Below the pieces are notes generated by a model that did no database searches, was not told where the DNA came from, and was given only the letters and a program-made list of their open reading frames with translations. Both the position numbers and the translations under genes were made by a program. 64,000 bases of DNA from positions 2,418,001 through 2,482,000 of the forward strand of contig CATNEN010000032.1 of the NCBI GenBank assembly GCA_950097015.1. The letters run 5' to 3'. How positions within the stretch are numbered: position 1 is the stretch's first letter; each line of letters begins with the position of its first letter. This DNA is from Macrostomum hystrix. Lineage: Eukaryota; Animalia; Platyhelminthes. Below, one piece after another: positions 24,301 through 36,700 of the stretch.

Positions 24301-27300
24301 AGTGCGAAAAATAGACTTTTTGAGACGTGAAACAATCAGACCGTCTGTCTTATCTCTCCCCTAATTAAATCTCCCATTGTCACATCTCAACGCCGACTCT
24401 TCTCTCACATGTCTCATCTCTCCCCTGTCGAATATCTCACCTGCCTCATCTCTCTGCTTTCTCATCTCTCCCGCGTCATATCTCTCCACTGACTATCTAA
24501 TAATAATGATTGCAGGAGGGCTGCGGGCAATGGCGCATCATTTCGTGACACTAGACCCGCAGCCAGCGAGGAGGCAATTCTGCCCATTTCGCTGACTCCT
24601 GAGCACACACGCACACAGATACTGTACGCAGGCACACGCTCACACAGGTGTGTACATCTGCCCTGACTTTCTTATTGTCAGGCAGTGTACACTTCACTGT
24701 GCCTTGGAGGTTCGCCCTCAAGGGCGTAAATTGCACGACAAGCCCCCAAGCCTTCTCTCCGCGGCTGCGCCCCAAATAAATGTGGCCTCGCCGTGGAATC
24801 GAACTTTGAGACCGTGGTGCGAGAGGCAAACGCGTTAACCGCTCTGCCACCAACTTCCTCCACTGACTATCTCTCCACTGACTCATCTCACCACTGACTC
24901 ATCTCTCCACTGACTCATCTCTCCACTGACTCATCTCTCCACTGACTCATCTCTCACCTGCATCATATCTCTACTTTATCATCTCTCCCGCGTCATATCT
25001 CTCGACTGTCTCATCTCTCAACTGTCTCATCTCTCACATGTCTCATCTCTCCACTGTCTCATCTCTCACCTGCCTCATCTCTCCTGTCTCATCTCTCCCC
25101 TGTCTCATCTCTGCCCTGTCTCATCTCTCCCCTGTCTCATCTCTCCCGCGTCATATCTCTCGACTGTCGCATCTCTCCCCTGTCTCATCTCTTCCCTGTC
25201 TCATCTCTCCACTGTCTCATCTCTTCCCTGTCTCATCTCTCCACTGTCTCATCTGTCCACAGTCTCATCTCTCCCCTGTCTCATCTCTCCCGCGTCATAT
25301 CTCTCGACTGTCGCATCTCTCCCCTGTCTCATCTCTTCCCTGTCTCATCTCTCCACTGTCTCATCTGTCCACAGTCTCATCTCTCCCCTGTCTCATCTCT
25401 CCCGCGTCTTATCTCTCGACTGTCTCATCTCTGCCCTGTCTCATCTCTCCCCTGTCTCATCTCTCCCGCGTCTTATCTCTCGACTGTCTCATCTCTCCAC
25501 TGTCTCATCTCTCATCTGTCTCATCTCTCTCTGCATATTTGCCCACCTTCGTGGCAACTCCGGCCCGTTGGCATATTAGTTTGCCGACCTAGAATTATTT
25601 ATTTCAGTATTCCCACCAAGAGTTTTTCTCCAGCATGTCGTACCAAACTTGATTTCCATTGGCTCCGGCACTCAAAAGCTCAGAAGGGGAGAAAGAGCAG
25701 AAAGAGGAAAGTTGGCTATATATTTATATATATAGAGTAGAGGGCCAATTTTCAGAGAAGAAGCGACTCGTCTATTAGTTTGTCAGTCAACAGCAAACAA
25801 CAGCAGCAGCAGCAGCAACATGCTGACCTTGGCAAATGCATTCAGAGACATTGACTCTTCTGGTAGCGACGAAGATTGGGACTCAAGAGGTAAGTTCACG
25901 TTTGGAGTGCATTCCTACTCACGGGCGCATGTTCGTCTCACTCGTGACATTGTTAGGGGAGTTTATTTAGCTTTTTTCTGAACTCATATTTTATGATAAT
26001 GCGGAGTCTAAAAATGCCTAGAAAATGATATAATAGCTACCCCGATTTGTATCTCTCCCGTGAGGACTGAAATGCGGCAGTTCCTCAAGACAGAATATGC
26101 AAATACAAAATTTGGTTGAAGAGATTAAGAAAGACTGGGAATCGAAAATTGTGCTCAAGGGACATATAAACATATTTTAAGGCAAAATATAAAACTTCAG
26201 AAAACATAAACAGAAGCAAAAATATCACTTAAAACACATTTTTAGCATATAAGAGAGACTTCTAGGAGAGGACAGAGATCTCTGGAGATGATCAGAAGAT
26301 AGAGATCTCTAGGGGAAGATAGAGATCTCTAGGGGAAGATAGAGATCTCTAGGGGAAGATAGAGATCTCTAGGGGAAGATAGAGATCTCTAGGGGAAGAT
26401 AGATCTGTAGGGCATATAAGGAAAAAAGAGAGAAGGAAAAGCGTGTGAGGGAGAGAGCAAAGCAGCAAAATGAGATTTTCATCAAAGCTGCGCAAAGTTC
26501 CATCAGAGCTTGCAGTGGAGAACATCAATCAAGCATTGGGGAAAATCAGAACAGTAGCAGGAACTGACATCGGGCATTAACTCACAGACCGTAGCATTGG
26601 ACTTAAACAAAACTGTCATTTATATACCCGTAGCAAAGTTTCAGCTAGGTCTTCAAGGTCAGCAGGACCAAAGATTCAATAGAGATGAGGTTGAATAAAA
26701 AATCTAGATTGAGAGCCAGTGGGAGAGAAGGGCAGAGAGACATTGGGATCAGAGAAGTGGGGATTGGGGAATTTTATATATTCCCTTGTCAGCGCTAAGG
26801 ACAAGTTAGAGCGGCCGCGGCTCTCACAGGAACAGAAGTCAGCTTGCTGGACACAAACCAAATCAGCCAGCCTTCCCCGTCCATGTGGCAGGGCACCAGT
26901 GCCAACCCAGCGCCTTCTCAGCTGGGGTATAGGAATAGCCGTTTCGTATATGCGCCAGCCTTAGGGATCAGGGAAATGTGATAGAATATGACAGGCCAGC
27001 AGCTAAAAGTGGCTTGCTCTGAAACCTATAGATGCATACACACACGTATCAAGATATTGAAAATTGGCCTCGGACCGAACAGAAATCATTTCTTTCAACC
27101 AGCAACAAAAATGCTCCCCGCTTTCTGAATGACGCCCACTTGCCTATGGCCGCATTATAGACGCATATACTCACACAGGGCTAATATAAGAATAGTGGGC
27201 TGTAAAATTATATTACTCCTAACAAATTTGGAGCTGAGTTGTCTGAGTGGTCGGCGAAGAGAAATGCATACCCTAAACTACATAGAAGCCAATGAGGATC

Positions 27301-28222
27301 GAATACGGAGGCGCATGCAGCCGCAGGAGTGTGAAATCGTTGATGAGAGCTGGAGAATGAGCTGGGGATTGGAATACAGAGAGAATAGGAAGAAGATTGG
27401 GATTTTAGGAGGCTTGGTATATATGGCTTTTTTATGCTGAAAACTTCTAAGTGCATCTTTACGGTGGAACAAGTGAACGGTAAACTACACGAATGAATGG
27501 AACGAACGAACGAACGAACGAAGGAAATGAGTTAGATGAATTAGAAGGACATCGCCATTAGTAACATTATTAATCGGAAGGAATGGACATGGCTGATTGG
27601 ATATTGGTTCTAATGTGTCGGATTAGCTGGTCAGGCCCAGTGGCGGCTAGCTGTTTGCATAAATAATTAATGAGTGATGCAGATTTCCGAGGGGAATTGT
27701 TTGCTACTCGAGAATCAAGCAAGCGCTTCTTGACGATCTGAACAATCTCTGGGGGGGGAGTTCTCGCTCGATCAAACTGGTCTGGCCCGCTTGATCTAGG
27801 CGGTCCGGTCTGGCTCCGAGTGCCCAATACAGACAGCCAACCAGACAGACGAGTGCAAAAATGTTAACAGTTAACAGGGCTTAGAACCCATAAGTGTGGA
27901 AAGCACAGTGAAGTACTGGCCCGAGCTTGCAGGTAAGATCATTCATCAAGTTATATCTCTCGACTGTCTAATCTCTCCACGAGACATAACTACTCACAGT
28001 AGCTGATAACATGATTTGTGGGTGTGCTCACCTGTCCTGAAACGCTCGATCTGAAGTCCACTGCGCCTGTTTTGTCGCTCGCACATCGTTGTTGTGAAAG
28101 TAGTTCACAGCCTGACCCCAGGCCTGTCGGTTCTGCTCATCCGCGGTCCGACGACGGGCCATGGCGTCCTCATAAACAGCCTTGGAGGTGGAATAGCGAA
28201 CTTGCAGGTGCGGCAGAGCCAT
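21307..28222 (-). CDS. TCHP: Trichoplein keratin filament-binding protein (TPH coiled coil)
   Basis: Exons 28222-28032 (MALPHL...KQAQWTS), 23327-23219, 22635-22426 (LQYEHFRQNNPRLRE) and 22335-21307 (AERAREAELDALF, WDRRQAEWQREAEAR). All GT-AG and phase-consistent. Motifs recalled from human TCHP (MALPTL, YEHWKKNNPKLRE). Confidence 0.88.
23400..23610 (+). mobile_element. Possible second SINE family with CORE-like segment (decayed)
   Basis: B-box-like GTTTGAATCCC at 23458. TGTAACCTTGCTCAAGACCACTAA...CTGTAAAAATG resembles the CORE domain. The 3' motif ACCCAGTCCATGGAC recurs at 47454. Confidence 0.4.
24497..24853 (-). mobile_element. tRNA-derived SINE copy 3 (near full length) in TCHP intron 1
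   Basis: Minus strand TGGCAGAGCGGTTAACGCG...GTTCGATTCC, complete body, ATTATTATT tail. Confidence 0.85.
24855..25530. repeat. 16-bp TGTCTCATCTCTCC-type minisatellite
   Basis: Same TGTCTCATCT core as the arrays at 7.9 and 12.5 kb. Confidence 0.92.
26290..26410. repeat. 20-bp minisatellite (AGAGATCTCTAGGGGAAGAT)
   Basis: ~5 exact units. Confidence 0.88.
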
Positions 28223-28827
28223 GGCCTTCTCGGTAATTTTCAGCTAGCTAGGCACTGTTCGACTTTTCTCTCTTATCAGTTAATTAAGTTTGATTTGTAG
28301 GGCCAATTAGAACGATGTCCGCAAGTACCGGCGAGATCAAAGTAGCCGCTGAAATTTGATTAAACGATTGAAATAAAGAGAAGTGCACAATTCTCTAGGA
28401 ATCGTTGATTGCCCTAATTAGAGGCTAATAAGGTGGCGGCTACATCTAAGGAAACCCGAAATGCCTGATTGAGATGTGAAAGCCGATAAGATCGACTATA
28501 AAACAAGGGGATGCATTTTGGAAGAAACACATTATAGGCATAGTTTTTATCAGAATATAGTTATCATTATAATAATTAATACGAAAATTAAAAAGTAAAA
28601 TACAAACTCCAGTACTTTATTGTAAAGTTCTTATTTCAACCCCATCGCACTTGACAAATGGACAGTGGACTTTTAAAAACGGATTTAAAAAAATCCAGTT
28701 ACAGATCGTGCTACGCTACTGACGAGTAGCTAAATTAGGTAGCCAGAAATACTAGCTGAGAAATGCACAAAAAGATGTTTAAAAAAGGCAACAGATGCAG
28801 CTAATGATTTCAAACAAGGTAGGTAGC

Positions 28828-30864
28828 TCAATCATTGTCAACAAAGCAATTGAGCATCTCGCTAACACTGGGCCCGGAATCTTGTTGCTCGATGTTGTTG
28901 CCAGCACTGTCGATCTGGTTGCTTTCAGTTTTTGGATTGTTCTTCGCGTCGTTACCATGGTAACTAGGCTCCGGATGCGGCTGCTCAGAAGCCTGCGAGT
29001 CCACCTGACTGTCGGCAGTGAGAAATTCATCCTCATCTTCGCCTTCAAAATCTTCCTCGTCGGCGGAGACAGACAGGCGCGCCATCTTAGCCGGCGGCGG
29101 TCTGGCCTCGTCGTCATCGTCGTCATCAAGATCCTCTTCAGCTTCGCTGACTTTGCTCTCAGCTTCGTCTTGTTGAAGAACCAGTCGTGAACTCGAGGCT
29201 GGAGCCAATTGAGGCGGAGGCGGCAGAGGCGGCGGGTGGCGCAATGCGGCATCTCCAGTCTCATCGCCACATTCCAGCTCGGGCGCCAGCAGCTCGGCCA
29301 CCTCCTCTGACCAGACCGGCGGGCTGGACCACACGGACAAACGATCGCGCAAGCCGTCGAGCCGACGCCAGCCGGCCTCGCCAAGCCGCTGAAGGCCCAG
29401 AGCCAGCAGCTCCACTGGCCAAGGCCGGCCAGGCAGGGGGCAGCGGCCGAGGGCCGAGAGGAACTCGGCCAGAGCTTCGACCAATTCGTCGACAGCCGAA
29501 GGGCGATAGGCGGCCAGGCCGGAGCCAGCCAGACGCCCGGCTGTCGGGCCGGCCAACCGGCGCCACAGTAGACGAGCCACGTCCGGATCGAGGCGATGAA
29601 CTTCAACAAGGCCGGCGAGGCAACGCAGTGCAGCTATTCCACATCTGCGGCGCCGGTCGAGAGCGTCAACGTCCAGAGCTGGATCGCCGGCGCCAAAAGT
29701 CAGCAGGGAGGCAGCCGCAGCCGCGGCGTCCGGAACCAGGCGACGCCGGACAAGGCCGCGCAGTCCACCGCCGGGCAGCAACGCCAGCCCAGCCGTGGAG
29801 CTGCCGCGCCGCAGCCAGACGGCCAGCAGCTCGTATGCGGCCAGGCGCAGCGGCCCGACCTCAGCTTCGGTGCCAGCGTGCACAGCTCCGGCCAGCTGGG
29901 GGCTGATCAGGCAAGCGCCAATGCCGAGCAGCTGGGTCAGGCGGCTCAGCAGGCCGGCCGCCGCGGTCTGCACTGGAGGCAGATTGTCTGCCAGGCAGCG
30001 AGCCTCGCTGGTGACAGCAGCCGTCGAGCGCATGGCCATGAGGCGCTCGGCCAGATCGGCAGCTGCGCCGACATCGGCGCTGACGGACAGATCGATCGGA
30101 CAGTCCAGCAGGCAGCGGGCCGCAGCCAGGAGCCCGCGAGCCCGGTCGGTGCAAGCTTGAACTCCAGCCGAGTCGGCTAGAATCATCGGCACGCCGGCCA
30201 GTAGGCCAGCAGCCGAAGCTGAAGGTATCGAGGACGCCGTTTGGCTTTTAGCTTCGCTGCCAACGCCGGCACAGGCTAGCATTCGGCGCAGGCAGGAGTC
30301 AAGGGCGTCCAGGCATCTAGCGAACAGCTCCGCCCATCGAGTCGCCCGATCGTCTGGCGACAAGCTGCCCAGCTTTGGCAGGAGTGACCAGAGGCGCTCA
30401 ACTGCGGCCACGGCGGCTTCGCTCTGTTGCTGATCTGACAGCAGGCGAATCAGAGTGCCCTCCAGGCGGCCGCGGACGTGGCCGCATTGGGCGGGAAAGC
30501 GTTGCGCCGCGCACTCTACCACCGGCGCTAGCCAGAGCAACTCGCTTTGCATTGCTGCCGGCTTGGACGCCAAGGAGCGAATCTGGCTGGCTAGATGGTC
30601 GATGAGGCGAGGCAGAGCAGCGGCCGAGGCTGCCAGATCCCGCGATAGAGCCGGCTGTGCAGCTGCGCGGCACAGCAGGCGAATAGCGGCAGCGCAAGAG
30701 TGCGCCAGTCTGCTCGAAGCCTTAGCGCCGGCCCCATCGTAGTCTTGGAGGCGAGTCTTGGATGCAGGAGGAGGCGCCAGAAGTTTGGCCAGCTGCTGGC
30801 ACAGGGCGGGACCTTCGCGCGCCAGGCTGGCATCGTCTAGCGAGATTAGGCGTCGATGCAGATC
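28828..30864 (-). CDS. PELP1: PELP1/Rix1 homologue (ribosome-biogenesis scaffold), large exon; 5' exon not located
   Basis: Acceptor TTTTCAG at 30865; frame open from 30864 to the stop at 28828. LSRDLAASAAALPRLIDHL...AQRFPAQCGHVRGRLE resembles PELP1 (RDISMNHLPGLL...YFPRACGSLKGKL). Acidic C-terminus. Confidence 0.72.
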   Translation of the reverse strand, partial: DLHRRLISLDDASLAREGPALCQQLAKLLAPPPASKTRLQDYDGAGAKASSRLAHSCAAAIRLLCRAAAQPALSRDLAASAAALPRLIDHLASQIRSLASKPAAMQSELLWLAPVVECAAQRFPAQCGHVRGRLEGTLIRLLSDQQQSEAAVAAVERLWSLLPKLGSLSPDDRATRWAELFARCLDALDSCLRRMLACAGVGSEAKSQTASSIPSASAAGLLAGVPMILADSAGVQACTDRARGLLAAARCLLDCPIDLSVSADVGAAADLAERLMAMRSTAAVTSEARCLADNLPPVQTAAAGLLSRLTQLLGIGACLISPQLAGAVHAGTEAEVGPLRLAAYELLAVWLRRGSSTAGLALLPGGGLRGLVRRRLVPDAAAAAASLLTFGAGDPALDVDALDRRRRCGIAALRCLAGLVEVHRLDPDVARLLWRRLAGPTAGRLAGSGLAAYRPSAVDELVEALAEFLSALGRCPLPGRPWPVELLALGLQRLGEAGWRRLDGLRDRLSVWSSPPVWSEEVAELLAPELECGDETGDAALRHPPPLPPPPQLAPASSSRLVLQQDEAESKVSEAEEDLDDDDDDEARPPPAKMARLSVSADEEDFEGEDEDEFLTADSQVDSQASEQPHPEPSYHGNDAKNNPKTESNQIDSAGNNIEQQDSGPSVSEMLNCFVDND

Positions 30865-30974
30865 CTGAAAATTAAGAATTGTATTTATGGTAATACTATT
30901 TTTATATGTTTTACTTTTCCGACGCTTATTCGTTAAAGTGTTAGGTCCTGCTTGCCTTACATTTCTCGAATGAG

Positions 30975-31955
30975 GCTCACTATCGGGGGGTTTCCTATTT
31001 TTTTTATTCGTCCTCGAAGCCAGGCGTTCATTAGCTGCGGCTCACTATCGGGGGTTTCCTACATTTCCCTTTGACCTCATAGCCAGGCTTTCATTGGCTC
31101 AGGCTCACTATCGGGGGTTTCTTATTTTTTTCGTCCTCGTAGCCTGGCGCTCATTGGCTGGAGCTCACTATCGGGGTTTCCTACTTTCCCTTTGTCCTCG
31201 TAGCCTGGCGATCATTGGCTGAGGCTCACTATCGGGGATTTCCTTTTTTCGTCCTCGTAGCCTGGCGCTCATTGGCTGGAGCTCACTATCGGGGTTTCCT
31301 ACATTTCCCTTTGACCTCATAGCCAGGCTTTCATTGGCTCAGGCTCACTATCGGGGGTTTCCTATTTTTTTTAATTCGTCCTCGTAGCAGGCGCTCATTG
31401 GCTGAGGCTCACTATCGGGGGTTTCTTATTTTTTTCGTCCTCGTAGCCTGGCGCTCATTGGCTGGAGCTCACTATCGGGGTTTCCTACTTTCCCTTTGTC
31501 CTCGTAGCCTGGCGATCATTGGCTGAGGCTCACTATCGGGGATTTCCTTTTTTCGTCCTCGTAGCCTGGCGCTCATTGGCTGGAGCTCACTATCGGGGTT
31601 TCCTACTTTCCCTTTGTCCTCGTAGCCTGGCGCTCATTGGCTTGAGCTCACTATCGGGGTTTCCTACTTTCCCTTTGTCCTCGTAGCCTGGCGCTCATTG
31701 GCTTGAGCTCACTATCGGGGTTTCTTACTTTCCCTTTGTCCTCGTAGCCTGGCGCTCATTGGCTTGAGCTCACTATCGGGGTTTCCTACTTTCCCTTTGT
31801 CCTCGTAGCCTGGCGCTCATTGGCTTGAGCTCACTATCGGGGTTTCCTACTTTCCCTTTGTCCTCGTAGCCTGGCGCTCATTGGCTTGAGCTCACTAACG
31901 GGGTTTCCTACTTTCCCTTTGTCCTCGTAGCCTGGCGCTCATTGGCTGCTGAGGC
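30975..31955. repeat. ~61-bp minisatellite, each unit carrying a CCAAT box (minus strand AGCCAATGAGCG)
   Basis: ~16 units CTCACTATCGGGGTTTCCTACTTTCCCTTTGTCCTCGTAGCCTGGCGCTCATTGGCTTGAG. Confidence 0.93.
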
Positions 31956-33414
31956 TCCCTCTCTGAGGTGTTATTTATTCAAATTTTGGCCCATGAGACA
32001 ATTTTTTAAACTGCTTATGAAATGTCGAATAAATAAATAATGGCATTCAATTGGAAATAAAACTATGGGAAATCAACTAATTCAAAGGATTATTTATTTG
32101 AATAACATAATTAGCTGTAAACAGACAGGCACGATAAAACAACTCCAGAATTCTAAATTAACCAAAAAAAATTATTGCCCATGTATATAGAAGCAAAGAA
32201 GCTGCAGGAAAAAAGCAGTTATGATGAAGAATAAAGTGGTGCCAGGTTAATTGCATGAATGATTTAAAGCTCAGAAATTAAATGGAAATAAAAATGTATG
32301 TACAAAAGCGTCGCATACTACTAATAAAGGGGATATTCTACGAAAAAGGTAAGTAATTTTGTGCGTCAAATCGAAAACTATTATATTCGAGAGCTCAAAG
32401 TAAAACTAGCAAAAAAACAGAAAAAAATAATTTGCGATCTCATCTAATGGTAAAACATGGACTAAATTGATTGCATTGCAAAGCTACAAATAATATATTC
32501 GTATATATTATACACGCAAAGCATTGCTTGTAGGGAAAATGTGAATGCACACCATACTACTATTTCAGTAGAGGAAGCCAAAAATTGTAGGGATTTATTT
32601 TGGAATCTGCATGCGATAAAATGTAGATTAAAAATGAACACAGTAGCAAAGCTTACGGCAAGCTTTAATCTTCCTAACTACATGTGTGCCAATCAATTCA
32701 TAAGCCATTTAATTAATTGTTTATTCATTTATTAACTATTCAGTCAATCAAACTTTAAACAAGCTTAGCGGCGTAAGCAGCAAAACCCTAAGCCTCTTTT
32801 AAAAAAAACAAGAAAAGAAAATCTTCAGGAAAAACATGTGTCAACTAAGACGAACAAGCACGCGCATTGTCAAGCCAGTCAAACAATGGTAAGCATAAAA
32901 AACCCTTTCGATAAAACTTCATCGCGGCAGAGGCGACAAGAGCTGTGCTTCCTCGAGGTAAAGCTGTTGCTTGGAGTTTACAAATGAAATCATACAGATT
33001 CAAGACTCGCTAGCCAGATAACAAACAAGTTTTTTTAATGTGCCAACGCAGCTGCAAATAGAAAAGTCAAACTAAATTTTTACCTTTCAAATTTAAATGA
33101 GGATTGAGAGAGACATACTACTTGTGCATTTGGTGAGTAAAGTGTGGGGCTAATGCAAATATGTGCAAATAATTCAGCGAGTATTTTTTGGTGTACTGTT
33201 AGGTGAAAGAATTCAGGAAAAAGTTTGGTGTAAACTAAGTCAATTGCAAATATAGGGGCGTCTCTCTATGAGGACACACGAAATACTCTCACCTGAATAA
33301 ATTAAGAAACAGATCAACTTGCTTTTTAAAGATTACGTCGCAGAAACTCTTATAAGTCTGTTAAACAGGATAGTACACGAACTGTAGTTGCTTCAAAGTA
33401 AATTTAAGTTTATA

Positions 33415-33630
33415 AAAGTGACGTCATCAGTGACGTCATCGGGTGGTAGATATTTGATTGGACAGAAGTGACATCATCGGATGGTAGTGATTTGATTGGA
33501 CAGAATTGACATCATCGGATAGTAGTGATTTGATTGGACAGAAGTGACATCATCGGATGGTAGTGATTTGATTGGACAGAAGTGACATCATCGGATGGTA
33601 GTGATTTGATTGGACAGAAGTGACGTCCTT
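33415..33630. repeat. 38-bp tandem repeat with TGAC(G/A)TCA and ATTGG motifs
   Basis: ~5 units GTGACATCATCGGATGGTAGTGATTTGATTGGACAGAA. Confidence 0.88.
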
Positions 33631-33799
33631 AATTCGATAGGACAGAAATGAATCGATTCGACAGAAATCTTGCACCTTAACTATATTCGCGCAATGTTTT
33701 AGTGACGTAATCCACATTGATACTGACTGATTTAATAGTGCATATAGATAGATGCCCCTGCTCCAATGTCAGTAGCTCTAGTGCTCTCAGTAAATTATA

Positions 33800-36700
33800 T
33801 CAGGCCTTCTTGGTGGCATCCGCCGATGTGGTCGGCCCATCAGCCGCCGCCGTATCGGTGGCCGCTGGGGCAGCCGACGTGGTCGAAGCGGCAACTGGAG
33901 GGAGCTCGGTCTCGTGGGCGCTCTCCCTGATTGACATCTTCTTGGTGCGCAGGTCGGTCTGCGGCAGGTCGGCCGGGCTGACGCTGATCTGACCGCCGGC
34001 GGACTTGAGAAATTGCGCCACCGATTGGTGATGAAAGCGCTCGGCCTCGGCTAGGGGAGTGAAGCCCCAGCGGTCCTTCGGGTTGACGGCCACCTCGCAG
34101 GTCTCAACTAGGAAGGTGACAACCTCCAGGTGGCCCTCGGCTGCGGCTACATGCAGAGCGGTGCGACCGTCATAATCGGCCTGGTTCATATTCAGGCCCT
34201 GCAGGAATACGCGCCTGAAATGTTTGAGTTGGGATCTGAGATGAAACTGGCTTGTGTGTTGGGATCTGGGATGAAACTGGCTTGTGAGTTGGGATCTGAG
34301 ATGAAACTGGCTTGTGAGTTGGGATCTGGGATGAAACTGGCTTGTGAGTTGGGATCTGAGATGAAACTGGCTTGTGAGTTGGGATCTGGGATGAAACTGG
34401 CTTGTGAGTTGGGATCTGGGATGAAACTGGCTTGTGAGTTGGATCTGAGATGAAACTGGCTTGTGAGTTGGGTCTGGGATGAAACTGGTTTGTGAGTTGG
34501 GATCTGAGATGAAACTGGCTTGTGAGTTGGGATCTGAGATGAAACTGGCTTGTGAGTTGGATCTGGGATGAAACTGGCTTGTGAGTTGGGATCTGGGATT
34601 AAAGTAGGTTTAGAGTTGAGGATCTGGGATTAAAGTAGGTTTAGAGTTGAGCATCTAGGATTAAAGTAGGTTTAAAGTGGAGGATCTGGGATTAAAGTAG
34701 GTTTAGAGTTGAGGATCTGGGATTAAAGTAGGTTTAGAGTTGAGGATCTGGGATTAAAGTAGGTTTAGAGTTGAGGATCTGGGATTAAAGTAGGTTTAGA
34801 GTTGAGGATCTGGGATTAAAGTAGGTATTGAGTTGAGGATCTGGGATTAAAGTAGGTTTAGAGTTGAGGATCTGGGATTAAAGTAGGTTTAGAGTTGAGG
34901 ATCTGGGATTAAAGTAGGTTTAGAGTTGAGGATCTGGGATTAAAGTAGGTTTAGAGTTGAGGATCTGGGATTAAAGTAGGTATTGAGTTGAGGATCTGGG
35001 ATTAAAGTAGGTTTAGAGTTGAGGATCTGGGATTAAAGTAGGTTTAGAGTTGAGGATCTGGGATTAAAGTAGGTTTAGAGTTGAGGATCTGGGATTTAGG
35101 TTTAGAGTTGAGGATCTGGGATTAAAGTAGGTATTGAGTTGAGGATCTGGGATTAAAGTAGGTATTGAGTTGAGGATCTGGGATTAAAGTAGGTTTAGAG
35201 TTGAGGATCTGGGAGTTACCTGAGAGCGGTGATGTCATTATTGGAGGCCGAGAACAGAATAGACACCACCTCGCTGCTCTGAGTTTCAACGTGGGCTCGC
35301 CTCGGGTCCATCTTGTCCTGAGTATAGATCAGCGAGTCATAGTTGTGAAAGTTGAATTTGGCCACAAGCTCCTTGCAGAACTGGATGCCCCGACACGAGT
35401 TGCCCTGCTTGTCCAGCGGCGGGGACCACAGAGCGATGCCCATGAGATTGGGAATGACCAGCAGGATGACGCCAGACACGCCGGACTTGGCAGGCAAGCC
35501 GCACTTGAAGGCGAACTGGCCGCTGTAGTCATACATGCCGCAGCTGTGCATGAGCGACAGGGTGTCCCGGACGGCTTCGGGCGACAGCACCGGCTCGCCA
35601 GTCAGCGGACAGATGCCGCCATTGGCCAGAGTGCTGGCAATGACCGCCGCGGACTCACAGTTGACCTCAACTGAGCACAGCTGGAAGTAGAAGTCCAGAG
35701 TCTCTCTGAGGTTGGTGCCTTGCGGGAAGCAGCCGTTCTCGTTCATGTAGTAGGCGAGGGCGAAGTTGCGGTCGGCGGTCTCTCGCTCGGACAGGAAAGT
35801 GGGATTGTTGAAGCCCAGGTACTCGTTGCCGGCCATGCGCTTGTACTCCTGGGATAATGGGGATATTTCTGAACCATGACTAAACCGAATGACCAATGGG
35901 GATATTAGTGAATTATGACTAAACCGAATGACCAATGGGGATATTTCTGAACCATGACTAAAACGAATGACCAATGGGGATATTAGTGAATTATGACTGA
36001 ACCGAATGACCAATGGGGATATTTCTGAACCATGACTAAAACGAATGACCAATGGGGATATTAGTGAATTATGACTGAACCGAATGACCAATGGGGATAT
36101 TTCTGAACCATGACTAAAACGAATGACCAATGGGGATATTAGTGAATTATGACTGAACCGAATGACCAATGGGGATATTTCTGAACCATGACTAAAACGA
36201 ATGACCAATGGGGATATTAGTGAATTATGACTAAACCGAATGACCAATGGGGATATTTCTGAACTATGACTAAAACGAATGACCAATGGGGATATTAGTG
36301 AATTATGAATAAACCGAATGACCAATGGGCATATTAGTGAGTTATGACTAAACCGAATGACCAATGGGGATATTTCTGAACCATGACTAAAACGAATGAC
36401 CAATGGGGATATTAGTGAATTATGACTGAACCGAATGACCAATGGGGATATTTCTGAACCATGACTAAAACGAATGACCAATGGGGATATTAGTGAATTA
36501 TGACTGAACCGAATGACCAATGGGGATATTTCTGAACCATGACTAAAACGAATGACCAATGGGGATATTAGTGAATTATGACTAAACCGAATGACCAATG
36601 GGGATATTTCTGAACTATGACTAAAACGAATGACCAATGGGGATATTAGTGAATTATGAATAAACCGAATGACCAATGGGCATATTAGTGAGTTATGACT

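Noticed and set aside
24790-24853. tRNA gene
   Set aside because: A/B boxes present but no full cloverleaf; it continues into the repeated SINE body
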